Positions 28,327 to 38,277 of a stretch of DNA of 64,000 bases are shown piece after piece. Below the pieces are notes generated by a model, which worked only from the letters and a program-made list of their open reading frames with translations, was not told the origin of the DNA and searched no databases. The position numbers and the translations under genes were made by a program. The stretch's first letter is position 1. Every line of letters begins with the position of its first letter. Source of the DNA: Desulfobacterales bacterium. GTDB lineage: Bacteria > Desulfobacterota > Desulfobacteria > Desulfobacterales > JBGLNM01. The stretch lies in contig JBGLNM010000001.1 of NCBI GenBank assembly GCA_041299705.1, positions 722,714 to 786,713 on the forward strand. Reading direction: 5' to 3'.

Positions 28327-28358
28327 CTCACCCCGGGCAGCGGGCTGCCCGGGGTGAG
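28327..28358. terminator. 15-bp perfect GC-rich hairpin between convergent genes (possible bidirectional terminator; no clean U-tract)
   Basis: CTCACCCCGGGCAGC gg GCTGCCCGGGGTGAG. Confidence 0.5.
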
Positions 28359-28393
28359 AAAAGGTCGATGGGGTGCGCCCTGCAGGACGCCGG

Positions 28394-28625
28394 TCAGCTC
28401 CCCGCGGGCGTGACCGTCCCGTCGGTGGTGAGTTCGATGTTGTCCCACAGGATGCCGTCGGTGGAGAAGGGGTAGTCGTCGTACTGCTGGAACTTGATGT
28501 AGACGTCGCCGTTGACCGATCCCAGCGCCGCGGCGATGTCGATCCCGCTGTAGGCCGTCCAGGCCCCCACGCTCGACGGGTACTGCCACACGGTTTTCCA
28601 GCTGCTCCCGTCCTTGCTCACCGTC
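28394..28625 (-). pseudogene. C-terminal beta-sandwich fragment of a surface protein (MAM / choice-of-anchor-J-like)
   Basis: VSKDGSSWKTVWQY..GAWTAYSGIDIAAALG..VYIKFQQYDD..GILWDNIELT. No N-terminal part; it abuts an unrelated gene. Confidence 0.5.
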
Positions 28626-28629
28626 GCGT

Positions 28630-30344
28630 GCGATCTGTGAGCCGGGATCGGCCCGGATCACGCGCGTGAAGTGCTCCAGGGCGCGCGGCCCGTCTCCGCC
28701 GCGCGCGTAGAGTTTTCCCAGGTTGTAGTGGGCCGCGGCGAACCACGGCCGGATGGCCGTCGCCTCCCGGAAGGCCGCCTCCGCTTCCCCGTAGCGCCCC
28801 TGCTGCAGGCGGGAAACGCCGATGTTGAAGTGGACCTCCGCGAACTGCGGGTTGATCTCCAGGGCCTGCCGGAAGTACTGCATCGCCTGCCCCGTCATCC
28901 CCGCCGCGCCGTAGGCGACCCCCAGGTTGGCCAGCGCCTCGGCGTAGCCCGGCCGGATCGCGACGGCATGGCGGAAGGCCTTGATCGCCGGTTCGATTTC
29001 CCCGCTCTGCATCAGGGCCTTGCCGTAGTTGTTCTGGGCGCGGGCCGAGCCGGGGGCCGTGCGCGTGGTCTGGCTCCACAGGGTGAGGTCGTCGCGCCAG
29101 TCGCGGTTGCGGTCGATGGTCCTGACAGCGGCCAGGACCAGGACGACGGCCGCCAGGCTGAAAAAAATCCACCTCTCCGAGGGCCGGGCGAGGAAATGGT
29201 GCAGCAGCAGGGTGACCGTCAGGGCGAACCCCAGCATGGGCAGGTAGAGATAGTGTTCGGCCATCATCTCGTGGTGGGGCACGATCTGGCAGACCGGCAG
29301 CAGGGTGACGAGGATCCAGAACCCGCCGTAGGTGATCCAGCGGTCGAAGGAAAAGGCGATGACGAGCTGGGCTGCGAAAACGAGCAGGATGAGCACCCCG
29401 GCCAGAAAGCGCACGTCGGTGAAGGAGGTCACGATGGGAAAGGCATTGTAGGAGTAGTCCGCGTTGAGTTCGATGGGGAAGAGCAGCAGCTTGAAGTACT
29501 GGGCGATGATGGCGATGACCGTCATGAAGTTGGCCGTGGGCCCCCCGCCGTGAAACCCGCTGACCTTGGACGGGTTGGAGACCGTCGACCGGTCGACGGC
29601 GTAGAGCAGGGCGATGGCGAACAGGATGGCGAAAACGATCCGGTGGTCGTTGAAGGCCTTCCTGGCGGCTGCCGCCATGGGCCGCAGGGCGAAGTCGGAA
29701 GGCATGTTCCTGAGGACGAGATAGGCATATACCACCACCGGCAGGGTGACGGCCATCTCCTTGCTGTAAAGGCCCAGCAGGAAGGCAGCCACCAGGCCCA
29801 CGGCATAGGCGCGGTGCCGGGTTTCGTCGTAGCGCAGGAAGAAATAGCACCCCATGAGGTAAAACAGGCTGAAGAGCAGGTCGCGGCGGCCCGCCAGGTA
29901 GGTCACGGACTCCGTCTGCACCGGGTGGACGGCGAACAGCAGGGCCGCGCACAGGGCCACCCGCCGGCTGGCGGTGATGTGCCACAGGAGCAGGTAGGCG
30001 AACGTCGAGGCCAGGAAGTGGTAGAAGAGGTTGGAGGCCCGGAACCCGGCCGGGTTCAGCCCGTAAAGGGCGTGGTCCAGCATGTAGGAGACGAAGCGCA
30101 CCGGCCGGTAGAAGCTGTGCCCGGTCTCGAGCCCCAGGACCCGCGGGAGGTACCGGAAGCTGCGGATTTCGGGCCGGTTGACGAAGATGTCGTAGTCGTC
30201 GAAAACGAACCCGTTGCCCAGCGAGTTGGCATAACACGCAAGGACCGCTGCGGCCAGAAGCGACAGGGCGAACGCCAGCCGGCGGTGCGGGCGGTCTTCC
30301 CCCGGCATCTCGGCAGGCTGCGGAATTTTTGGGATATCGGGCAC
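28630..30344 (-). CDS. Membrane glycosyltransferase-like protein with C-terminal TPR repeats (TMTC/PMT-like), C-terminus cut at a breakpoint
   Basis: N-terminal multi-TM region with FVFDDY..YRPV..HP.QTE.V.Y, then at least four TPR units (AEALANLGVAY, AEVHFNIGVS, AAAHYNLGKLY). GTG start at 30344, or ATG at 30308. Confidence 0.7.
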
Positions 30345-30616
30345 CGTCCGTGGTCGATCCTTATAGAAGAAGCCGCATGTCCCTTATCAAGTCTGAACCT
30401 CAAATGCAAGCCGGGCGCGGCTGGCGGCTCCGGCCGAACCCCGGGATCGTTGCCAATTAAGCCACAATGTGGTACTGATTGACCGCGCAGCGCGGCAGGG
30501 GGGAAGATCGGCGGGAAGGAACCGGCGTTCATCGGCCACGGGGGCCTGTGCAGGGACTGCCCCGAGGGCCGCTATCCCCACTGCTCGTTCGGCAGGGGGC
30601 TTTGAGGAGGGGCGTC

Positions 30617-31096
30617 ATGGCAGGCAGCCCGGCACCCATCGGCTCGGTCGTGGCCGTGTCCGTCAGCGACCGCAAGGGGATCCGGAAGTCGAACGTGGCG
30701 GAGGCGGTCCTCGTTGCCGACCACGGCGTGGCGACCGATGCCCACGCCGGCAGGTGGCACCGGCAGGTCAGCCTCCTGGCATCCGAGAGCATCCGCAAGA
30801 TCAGGGACAAGGGGCTGGATGTCTCCCCCGGCGACTTTGCCGAAAACATCACCACCGAGGGCTTCCGTCCCTGGGAGCTGCCGCTCGGCTGCCGGCTGCG
30901 CATCGGCGCCCGGGCCCTGGTGGAGGTGACCCAGATCGGAAAGGAGTGCCACAGCCGCTGCGCGATCTTTCACCAGGTGGGCGACTGCGTCATGCCCAGG
31001 GAGGGGATTTTCGTGAAGGTCGTCGAGGGCGGAACGGTGCGCCCCGGCGACAGGATCACGCCGGAACCGGCAGCGGACAAGTCAACGGCCCCATGA
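30617..31096 (+). CDS. MOSC-domain protein (molybdenum cofactor sulfurase C-terminal domain family)
   Basis: VSDRKG..K..V....L....G...DAHAG.WHRQVSLL..GDFAENITTEG..IGKECHSRC. RBS GAGGAGG at 30604-30610. Confidence 0.75.
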   Translation: MAGSPAPIGSVVAVSVSDRKGIRKSNVAEAVLVADHGVATDAHAGRWHRQVSLLASESIRKIRDKGLDVSPGDFAENITTEGFRPWELPLGCRLRIGARALVEVTQIGKECHSRCAIFHQVGDCVMPREGIFVKVVEGGTVRPGDRITPEPAADKSTAP

Positions 31097-31249
31097 GGCT
31101 GCGTTGGCGGACCGGTGCGCCTCCTGCCGGATGCCGCCCTTTCCGGCGTCGATGGGCCCGGGTGAGCGGATCCACCCGCCTCCGGTTCTTTTCTTTCCGT
31201 GCGGCTCTTCGCCCTTCGTGCCGGGTACCCATTTACCCATGGCCCGGGC

Positions 31250-32437
31250 TCAGTCCAGGTGGAGCACCACGCTGAAGCAGGTGAACATGGCCCACACCGG
31301 ATCTCCGGCTTCAAGGGCGAGGCGCCTGGCGCTCTGCGTAGAAACGACCGCGCACAAGGCCGTGCCGTCGGCAATCCGGACGGTGTATTCCGTGTTCACC
31401 GCGCCCGCTGTAACGGCCGCGACGATCCCTTCGAAGCGATTGTCGGCGCTGCAGTTGGGCGCTTCTTTTCCCGCCTCCAGGAGGACCCAGGGGGCCTTCA
31501 CCTCCGCCGCGACCCAACTGCCTTCCCTCAGGGCGAGCTGTTCCAGGCTGTCGTTGGTGATGACGGTGGCGACGCGATGGCCGCCGACGGTGGTCAGGGT
31601 CACCAAAGCCTGGATATCCCCCTTGCGAATCGTTTCGATCTTCCCGAAAAACGAGTTCCGGGCGCTCGTTTTGCGCGAGGCCTCCCTTTCGAGGAACAGG
31701 CGGGTCACCCGGTCGATGTCATCCCCGGAAAAAGAAACGTAGGAGGAGGTCAGGCCGGGCGTCGAGTGGCCCAGCAGTTTCTGCACCGCGGGCAGGGGCA
31801 GGTTGCCCAGCATCAGCTCCACGGCGCGCGATTGGCGGATCGCCTCGGGGCCGCCCAGCTCCTTGGAAAGGCCGCAGGCCTGGGCGCGTTCGTAGAACTT
31901 GCGACGCACGAAGCCGGGGTCGGCATGGAACCTGTTGCCCAATGCGTCCCTGAAAGACGGGTCCGACAGGGCTTCCTGGATCTCCCGGGACAGATCCCGG
32001 GAAAGTTGAACCTGCCTCGACGGGGATCTCCTGTCGGGCGCCGAGGCGCGGATCGTGACCGTGCGCTGGCGGGTATCGATGTCCTGGGCCGGGTCCAGGG
32101 AAAGCACTTCGTTGAGCTTGGCCCCCGTATAGCGTATCAGAAGGAAAATCAATAGGATGCGACGCCGCGCGAGGCGTACGTCAGCGCGCCTCGACTCTTC
32201 CGCCCACTTGCGGAAGGACTGCTCCAGCCGGTGGAGCTGGGCCGAATCCAGGTGCCGGCCCTCTTCTGCCGCCAAGACGATGCGGCCGTGATGCGCGTTG
32301 CCCGGCAGCACGTGCTGCGAGGCGGGCATGGGCCGCTTCCCCCCTTGTTCCGCATTCATTTCGACGCCCCGCAAACCATCGCCTTCGCCCTCGGGCGGCC
32401 TCCGCGCTTTCGATTCATGCCGTGTCCAGCTTTGCAC
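31250..32437 (-). CDS. TunR-like regulator: tyrosine-recombinase-like domain fused to two Mop/TOBE molybdate/tungstate-binding domains (start uncertain: 32437, 32359 or 32329)
   Basis: Integrase-like LLIRYTGAKLNEVLSL..LLGHSTPGLTSSYV. Two TOBE repeats (SARNSFFGKIETIRKGDIQALVTL.. and NRFEGIVAAVTAGAVNTEYTVRI..). Confidence 0.65.
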   Translation of the reverse strand: MQSWTRHESKARRPPEGEGDGLRGVEMNAEQGGKRPMPASQHVLPGNAHHGRIVLAAEEGRHLDSAQLHRLEQSFRKWAEESRRADVRLARRRILLIFLLIRYTGAKLNEVLSLDPAQDIDTRQRTVTIRASAPDRRSPSRQVQLSRDLSREIQEALSDPSFRDALGNRFHADPGFVRRKFYERAQACGLSKELGGPEAIRQSRAVELMLGNLPLPAVQKLLGHSTPGLTSSYVSFSGDDIDRVTRLFLEREASRKTSARNSFFGKIETIRKGDIQALVTLTTVGGHRVATVITNDSLEQLALREGSWVAAEVKAPWVLLEAGKEAPNCSADNRFEGIVAAVTAGAVNTEYTVRIADGTALCAVVSTQSARRLALEAGDPVWAMFTCFSVVLHLD

Positions 32438-32475
32438 AAATAGCTTGACATGTAAATAGCGGGCCTGCTAAACAA

Positions 32476-32499
32476 TCACGTAAAATATAATTATCGTGA
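32476..32499. promoter_or_regulatory. AT-rich inverted repeat TCACG-N14-CGTGA containing TATAAT, between the TunR-like gene and the TauE-like gene
   Basis: Read directly from the sequence. It is the only strongly AT-rich stretch in this divergent intergenic region, and a TTGACA lies at 32445-32450. Confidence 0.35.
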
Positions 32500-32530
32500 C
32501 CTTATCGGCAGGAGTCCCATTCCCGGGAGC

Positions 32531-33140
32531 ATGATGATGTTTTTCGAAACCGCCGGCATTCACGTCGCTGCCTGGGTTCCGCCCCTGGTGGCATTCGTGG
32601 TCTCGTTTTTCACCTCCATGGGCGGCGTGTCGGGCGCGTTTCTGCTGCTGCCGTTCCAGATGTCGTTTCTCGGCTACACCCACCCGTCGGTCAGCGCCAC
32701 CAACCATGTGTTCAACGTCGTGGCCATCCCCAGCGGCGTTTACCGCTACTGGCGGGAAGGCCGGATGGTGTGGCCTCTGACCTGGGTCGTGATCGCCGGC
32801 ACCCTGCCCGGCGTTTTCATCGGGGCCGTCGTGCGCGTCGCCTGGCTGCCCGATCCCCGGCATTTCAAGCTCTTCGCCGCCGGCGTCCTCCTCTACATCG
32901 GCCTCAAGTTGGTGCGGGACCTGCTGAAGAAAGGAGCGGGCGGCGCCGCTGCCGGCAGCGAGCAGCGGTTCCGGGAACAGGTGAAAAGCCGCCGGACGGA
33001 TACCGGCGGGGCGGCCGTGGGAGAGGGGAAGCGGCTCAAACCGGCGGCGGTCACGCATTTCAACCTCAGGCGCCTGGGCTACACGTTCTACGAGGAGTCG
33101 TTCGACGTATCCTTCTGGGGGATATTTACCCTCAGCTTCA
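32531..33140 (+). CDS. TauE/SafE-family sulfite-exporter-like membrane protein, N-terminal half only
   Basis: FFTSMGGVSGAFLLLPF, GVYRYW and hydrophobic TM segments. Similarity ends at FWGIFTLSFS. Confidence 0.65.
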
Positions 33141-33644
33141 GTGGAGATCGACGGCCGGCCGGCACCGGTCACCGCCTGCACCGAGGCGGTGGCCGACGGG
33201 ATGGTGGTGCGCACCGACACGCCGGCCGTGCGCCGCCTGCAGCGCGCGGGGTTGAAACTGCTTCTTTCGGTGCACGACGTCGACTGCAGGAACTGCCCGG
33301 CCAACAAGCGCTGCGAGCTGCAGCGCCTGGCCAGGTTCCTGAAGGCCGGGTTGAACGCCAAACCGCTGCAGACGCGCCTAAAAACACCCGCGGTCGACGA
33401 CAGCCATCCCCACCTGGTCCACTACCCCAACCGCTGCGTGCTGTGCGGAAGGTGCATCGCCGTCTGCGCCCGGACGGGGGGCCACGCCTCCCTGAACTTC
33501 GCCCGGCGGGGGCTCGACACGGTCGTCAGCTCGTACGGTCACGGCGCCGCGAACCTCGCCTGCCCGACGTGCGCGGCCTGCGCCGCGGTCTGTCCCGTGG
33601 GCGCCCTGACGCTGAAACCGGCCCCGGCGGCGGACGCCGGTTAG
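33141..33644 (+). CDS. NuoG/HydC-like iron-sulfur protein ([2Fe-2S] + His(Cys)3 [4Fe-4S] + ferredoxin-like region), missing its first residues
   Basis: (V)EIDGRPAPVTACTEAVADGMVVRTDT..LLLSVHDVDCRNCPANKRCELQ..CVLCGRCIAVC..CPTCAACAAVCPVGAL. Confidence 0.7.
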   Translation: MEIDGRPAPVTACTEAVADGMVVRTDTPAVRRLQRAGLKLLLSVHDVDCRNCPANKRCELQRLARFLKAGLNAKPLQTRLKTPAVDDSHPHLVHYPNRCVLCGRCIAVCARTGGHASLNFARRGLDTVVSSYGHGAANLACPTCAACAAVCPVGALTLKPAPAADAG

Positions 33645-33690
33645 GCGGCGCGGGCTCCGAGGGCGGTGCGTCCATCCGCCCCCCGCCGGA

Positions 33691-35705
33691 TCACTTCAGG
33701 GCCATCACCACGCGGCTGTCTTTCATCCCCTCCGCCGGGGGCGGTTTCAGATCCCCGGGATCGTTCAGGAAGATGCGCTCCGGGGTCACCTTCCCGGACT
33801 GCAGCAGGTGCTCCTTGACCGCCTGCGCCCGGGCCCGGGCCAGGATCCTCAGATCGCTCTCGGCGACCCGGATGCCGGCCCTCAGGAGGCGCTCCATTTC
33901 GGCCGCCGGGCTGTCCGCTGCCGGTTTGGCCCCCGTTTCCGGGGGCGGTTTCTTCCCCTCCGGCGCCGCGGCGGGGCGCGCCGGGAGTTGCAGGCCCGCT
34001 TCGGCGAACGCGGCGGCCAGGTAGCGCTCGTATTCCTCGGGCGTGAGGGCCACCTCTTCCAGAGACCCGGCCGCCTGGCCGCGTCCGCTCAGGTCCTTGA
34101 GCTTCTGGGCCTTGAGCCTGTTTTCGAACAGGGCGTCCGCCAGGCCCTGGCTGTCTTTTTCGCTGTCCGCATATCCGGAAATGTCCAGTTTCAGGCCGGG
34201 GCGCTCGTAGAGAACCTCGGCCAGGCGGTCCAGCCTGGCGCCGCCGGCTTCGTCCAGGGCGGAGATGCCGTAGGCGAACTCGATCTGGTCCAGTTCCTCC
34301 CCCCCGCCCAGCACCGCCGTCACCAGGGCGAACGGGGAAGTGGCGGCCTTCACCAGGAGGTTGACGATCATCTGCAGGATAATGCCGGCCACGCTGAACT
34401 GCGGGTCGTCCAGGCGGCCGGACACGGGAAGGTCGAGGCTGATTTTGCCGCTGCGGTCCTTCAGCAGGGCGACCGCCAGGGTCACCGGCAGGGCGGTGGC
34501 CGTGGGGCTCTCGACCCGTTTGCCGAACTCCAACTGGTCCAGAAGGACGGAATTCCTGGACTGGAGGCTCTTTTTCTCGATGCGGTAGGAGAGGTCCAGG
34601 AAGAGCTTTCCCTTCTGGATGGTGTAGCCGGCGAACTTTCCGGAGTAGGGACTCAGGCTGCTGAGGTCCATCTCGTCGAACTTGACGGCTATGTCCGCGA
34701 AGAGTTCATCGGCCAGGGGGTTGACCTTTCCCGAGATCTGCAGCGGCGCCTGCCCGTCGAGGCGGGCCCTCAGCTGGACGTCGGCGGCCTTGGCCCGGTC
34801 GGTGCTCAGGCCCTTGAGGGTGCCGTCGATCCCTGTCAGGGTGGCGGAGTAGCCGGGGGCCACGAACCGGTCGATGAAGCGCACGCGGCCCGAGGAAAGG
34901 GCCACGGTGCCGATCTTCACCGGAGGCGTCGCTTCTGCCCGGGCGGTTTTCGGCGCGCCGGCCTTGGCGCCCCCGGTCGCCACCGTGTCCTGGACGTTCA
35001 GACGGCCCTCGGGGGTCAGGACCAGGCGGGAAAAGAAGTCGTGGAGGCTGATTTTGCCGATGGACACCGAGGTCGGGTTGACGGCGATCCTGGCGTCGTC
35101 GATCTCGAGCTTTTTGAAGCTCAGGAACTCGTCGGCGTTGGCGCGCTCCACGGATTTGAAGTCGGCCACCTTCAGGCCCCCCCGGTAGGACAGGGTCAGG
35201 CCCTTTTCCCCGGTCATGGCGAAGGAGAGGGTGCCGCCGGCGTCGATCCGGCCGCCGGTGGCGATGACCCGCACCTGGTCCTCGAAGTATTTCTGAAACC
35301 ATACCGGCTCATGGCCGGCGATTTTGAGCTCCAGGTCGCCCTCCAGGGGGTCGATGCCGACCCTGCCCCCGGCCAGCAGGGACCCCTTCTGGGTGTAGCG
35401 CCCCGAAAAGAAAACGTCCGCCCGGCTCCGGGCGGCGGTCGAAAAATTGTCGACCTGCAGCCTGGCCTGGTCCAGGAGCATGCGCACCGGCTTGGCGAAG
35501 GTGTGGTCTTCGCCCTCTATGGCGTACTGATCGATCAGGAGGCGGTGGAGGGTGACCTGCCAGGGGGGGGCGGCCCCGGCGCCCGGCGAGTCGGCCGCGG
35601 ACGGCGGCCGCCGGGGCGCCTCGAAGAGCTGCTGGATGTCCAGGTCCCCGAGCTTGAGGCGCTTGACCGACAGCCGGCCGTTGCGGCTGAGGATTTCTCC
35701 AACCG
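33691..35705 (-). CDS. DUF748 (AsmA-like) protein, N-terminally truncated
   Basis: Long beta-rich repeats (GRLSVKRLKLGDLDI, GGLKVADFKSVE..FLSFKKLEIDD..VSIGKISL) and a typical DUF748 C-terminus. Confidence 0.65.
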
Positions 35706-35707
35706 CC

Positions 35708-36499
35708 CCGACCCACATCGGCCTGAACCGGCCCGCCGACGCCGCCCTTGTGGGCGACGCCCGCAAGGTGCTGGGGCAGCTCCTGGGGGAGGTGCGGGCC
35801 CTGACGGTCAAACGCCCCCCCCACGAAAAAATCGCCGAGCTGCGGCAGGTCCAGGACGCCTGGCGGCAGGAGCTGGACGCGGCCGTGGCCGACATGCAGC
35901 GGCGCCCCATGCTGACCGGCCAGATTCTCAAGGTCTGCAACGGCTTCTTCCCCGCCGACGCGGTCATGGTCATGGACGGGGGCAACACGACCCTCTGGTC
36001 CATCCACTACCACGTGGCGCGCAGCCAGCGCTCGCTGGTCTACTCCATGAACTACGGCCACCTGGGCACGGGTCTGCCCTATGCCCTGGGGGCCAAGCTG
36101 GCCTGTCCGCAAAAGGCCGTTTACTGCGTCACCGGGGACTCGGCCTTCGGCTTCAACCTCCAGGAACTGGAAACGGCGGTCCGCAACGACCTGCCGGTGG
36201 TGGTCATCGTCGCCGTGGACGGCGCCTTCGGCATGGAAAAAAGCGCCCAGCGCCGGGTTTTCGGCCGCCAGGCGGCCTGGTTCGGCCACGATCACGCGCC
36301 CGTGCGCTACGACCGGGTCGCCGAGGCCATGGGCTGCCACGGAGAGTACGTCGACCGGGGGGCGGACCTGGAGCCGGCGCTGCAGAGGGCGGTCGCCTCG
36401 GGCAAACCGGCGGTGATCCACGCCCGGGTCGACCCGGAGGCCAACGTGGACCCCCCCGGCCTGTGGCTCTGGGAAGCCGCCCGGACGGGCAAGATGTAG
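35708..36499 (+). CDS. Thiamine-pyrophosphate enzyme (acetolactate-synthase-like), C-terminal TPP-binding domain only
   Basis: LGTGLPYALGAKLA..VYCVTGDSAFGFNLQELETAVRNDLPVVVIV (the GDG/S-N TPP motif). The N-terminal Pyr and central domains are absent. Confidence 0.75.
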   Translation, partial: PTHIGLNRPADAALVGDARKVLGQLLGEVRALTVKRPPHEKIAELRQVQDAWRQELDAAVADMQRRPMLTGQILKVCNGFFPADAVMVMDGGNTTLWSIHYHVARSQRSLVYSMNYGHLGTGLPYALGAKLACPQKAVYCVTGDSAFGFNLQELETAVRNDLPVVVIVAVDGAFGMEKSAQRRVFGRQAAWFGHDHAPVRYDRVAEAMGCHGEYVDRGADLEPALQRAVASGKPAVIHARVDPEANVDPPGLWLWEAARTGKM

Positions 36500-36510
36500 G
36501 AGGCCATCCC

Positions 36511-37443
36511 GTGGACATCGCCGCCGTCGATCAGGTCCGGCTCAATTTCAACCCCCAGGGGCTCTTCGTCATCAATGCCGCCATCGGGCTGATGATGTTC
36601 GGCATCGCCCTGGACATGAAGGCGGAAGACTTCAAGCGCGTCCTGGCGGCCCCCAAGGCGCCGGCCATCGGCCTGGCGGCCCAGTTCGTCCTGCTGCCGG
36701 CCTTCACCTACCTGCTGACCCTGGCCATCCGGCCGCACCCCTCCATGGCCCTGGGCATGATCCTGGTGGCCGCCTGCCCCGGGGGGAACCTGTCCAACGT
36801 GATGACCTACCTGGCCAGGGGCAGCGCCGCCCTGTCGGTGAGCATGACCGCCGTCTCCACGGCCGCGGCGGTGGTCATGACCCCCCTCAACCTCTCCCTG
36901 TGGGGCAGCCTGAACCCGGCCACGGCCCGGATCCTGCGCGAGGTGAGCCTCAGCCCGGTGGACGTCTTCGTCACCATTTTCATCATCCTGGGGATCCCCC
37001 TGAGCGCCGGGCTGGTCATCGGCAGGCTCTTCCCGCGCATTGTCGGAAAGGTCCGCCGCCCGTTCCGGATCTTTTCCCTTTTCTTTTTCATCGCCATCGT
37101 CGCCCTCGCCCTGGGGGCCAACTGGAACTACTTTCTCTCCTACGTGGGGTTGGTGGTCTTCGCGGTCTTCCTGCACAACGGCCTGGCCCTCAACATCGGG
37201 TACTGGTCCGCGCGCCTGGCGCGCCTGAGCGAGGCCGACTGCCGCGCCGTCTGCATCGAGGTCGGCATCCAGAACTCGGGCCTCGGCCTGGTGCTGGTCT
37301 TCGACTTCTTCGGCGGCCTGGGGGGGATGGCCATCCTGGTGGCCTGGTGGGGGATCTGGCACATCGTCTCCGGCCTGTCGACGGCCTTTTTCTTTTCCCG
37401 GCGGGCCCTTCCGGCCGAAGCGGCCGCTCCGGCCCGGCCGTGA
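36511..37443 (+). CDS. Bile acid:sodium symporter (BASS) family transporter
   Basis: GTG start after TAGGAGG. GIALDMKAEDFKRVL, ACPGGNLSNVMTYLARG and about nine TM segments. Confidence 0.8.
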   Translation: MDIAAVDQVRLNFNPQGLFVINAAIGLMMFGIALDMKAEDFKRVLAAPKAPAIGLAAQFVLLPAFTYLLTLAIRPHPSMALGMILVAACPGGNLSNVMTYLARGSAALSVSMTAVSTAAAVVMTPLNLSLWGSLNPATARILREVSLSPVDVFVTIFIILGIPLSAGLVIGRLFPRIVGKVRRPFRIFSLFFFIAIVALALGANWNYFLSYVGLVVFAVFLHNGLALNIGYWSARLARLSEADCRAVCIEVGIQNSGLGLVLVFDFFGGLGGMAILVAWWGIWHIVSGLSTAFFFSRRALPAEAAAPARP

Positions 37444-37451
37444 GCCCCGCC

Positions 37452-38273
37452 ATGCCCGCCCCAGGCGATAGAGCCCCGGTGGTGGTCGTCACCGGCGCGG
37501 CCAGCGGCATCGGCTGGGCCGTCTGCCGGGAATATGCCCGCCGGGGGGCCGCCGTCGCCCTCCTGGACATCGATGCGGCCGGTGCGGAAACCCGCGCGCG
37601 GGAACTGTCCCGGGGCGGGGCCCGCTGCCTGGCCGTCGGCTGCGACGTCGCCGGCGAGAACGACTGCAAGGCCGCCGTCGCCCAGGTCCTGGAAAGGTTC
37701 GGGGGCATCGACGTCCTCGTCAACAACGCCGGCATCACCCAGCGCAGCGCCTTTGCGCGCACCCGCTCTGCGGTCTTCCGGCAGGTGATGGACGTCAATT
37801 TTTTCGGCGCGCTCTACTGCACCCAGGCGGCCCTGGAAAGCCTCGTCGCCCGCCGGGGGACCATCATCGTCATCGAGAGCCTGGCCGGCCTGACGCCGCT
37901 CCTCGGCCGCAGCGGGTACTGCGCCAGCAAGCACGCCCTCCACGGGCTGTTCACCACCCTGCGGGCCGAGCTGAGACCGGCCGGCGTTCACGTGCTCATC
38001 GCCTGTCCCGGCTTCGTCGCCACGAACCTGCAGACCCGCGCCCTGGGTGAAGACGGCCGGGTCACCTCTCACCCCCAGTCCACCGTGGGCCGGCCCTGGT
38101 CCCCGGAGCGCGTGGCAAGGGCCGTGGTCCGCGCCGCGGGGCGCCGCAGAAGCCTGCTGGTGCTGTCGCCCGCGGGCGTTTTGGGCTGGTGGGTCCACCG
38201 CCTGGCCCCGGGGCTCTACGAGCGGCTGATGGCGCGCCGCTTTCGAAGCGAGCTGCAACGGGAGGTTTTTTGA
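37452..38273 (+). CDS. Short-chain dehydrogenase/reductase
   Basis: VVTGAASGIG, NNAG and YCASKHAL motifs. Confidence 0.85.
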   Translation: MPAPGDRAPVVVVTGAASGIGWAVCREYARRGAAVALLDIDAAGAETRARELSRGGARCLAVGCDVAGENDCKAAVAQVLERFGGIDVLVNNAGITQRSAFARTRSAVFRQVMDVNFFGALYCTQAALESLVARRGTIIVIESLAGLTPLLGRSGYCASKHALHGLFTTLRAELRPAGVHVLIACPGFVATNLQTRALGEDGRVTSHPQSTVGRPWSPERVARAVVRAAGRRRSLLVLSPAGVLGWWVHRLAPGLYERLMARRFRSELQREVF

Positions 38274-38277
38274 GCGG

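Noticed and set aside
27906-28629. C-terminal 240 codons of the 812-aa ORF 27906-30344
   Set aside because: After the TPR region the translation becomes Pro/Arg/Gly-rich and is antisense to mutM. It is read-through past the ~28630 breakpoint.
31250-32437. Integrase-like domain as the marker of a mobile element or integration site
   Set aside because: The domain is fused to two TOBE domains (the TunR-type regulator architecture). No att-like repeats, tRNA gene or other mobile-element genes flank it.
33808-36510. First ~900 codons of the 1211-aa plus-strand ORF 33808-37443
   Set aside because: This is a composite read-through that is antisense to DUF748 and out of frame with the TPP enzyme. 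Only the last 310 codons (BASS transporter, 36511-37443) have family features.
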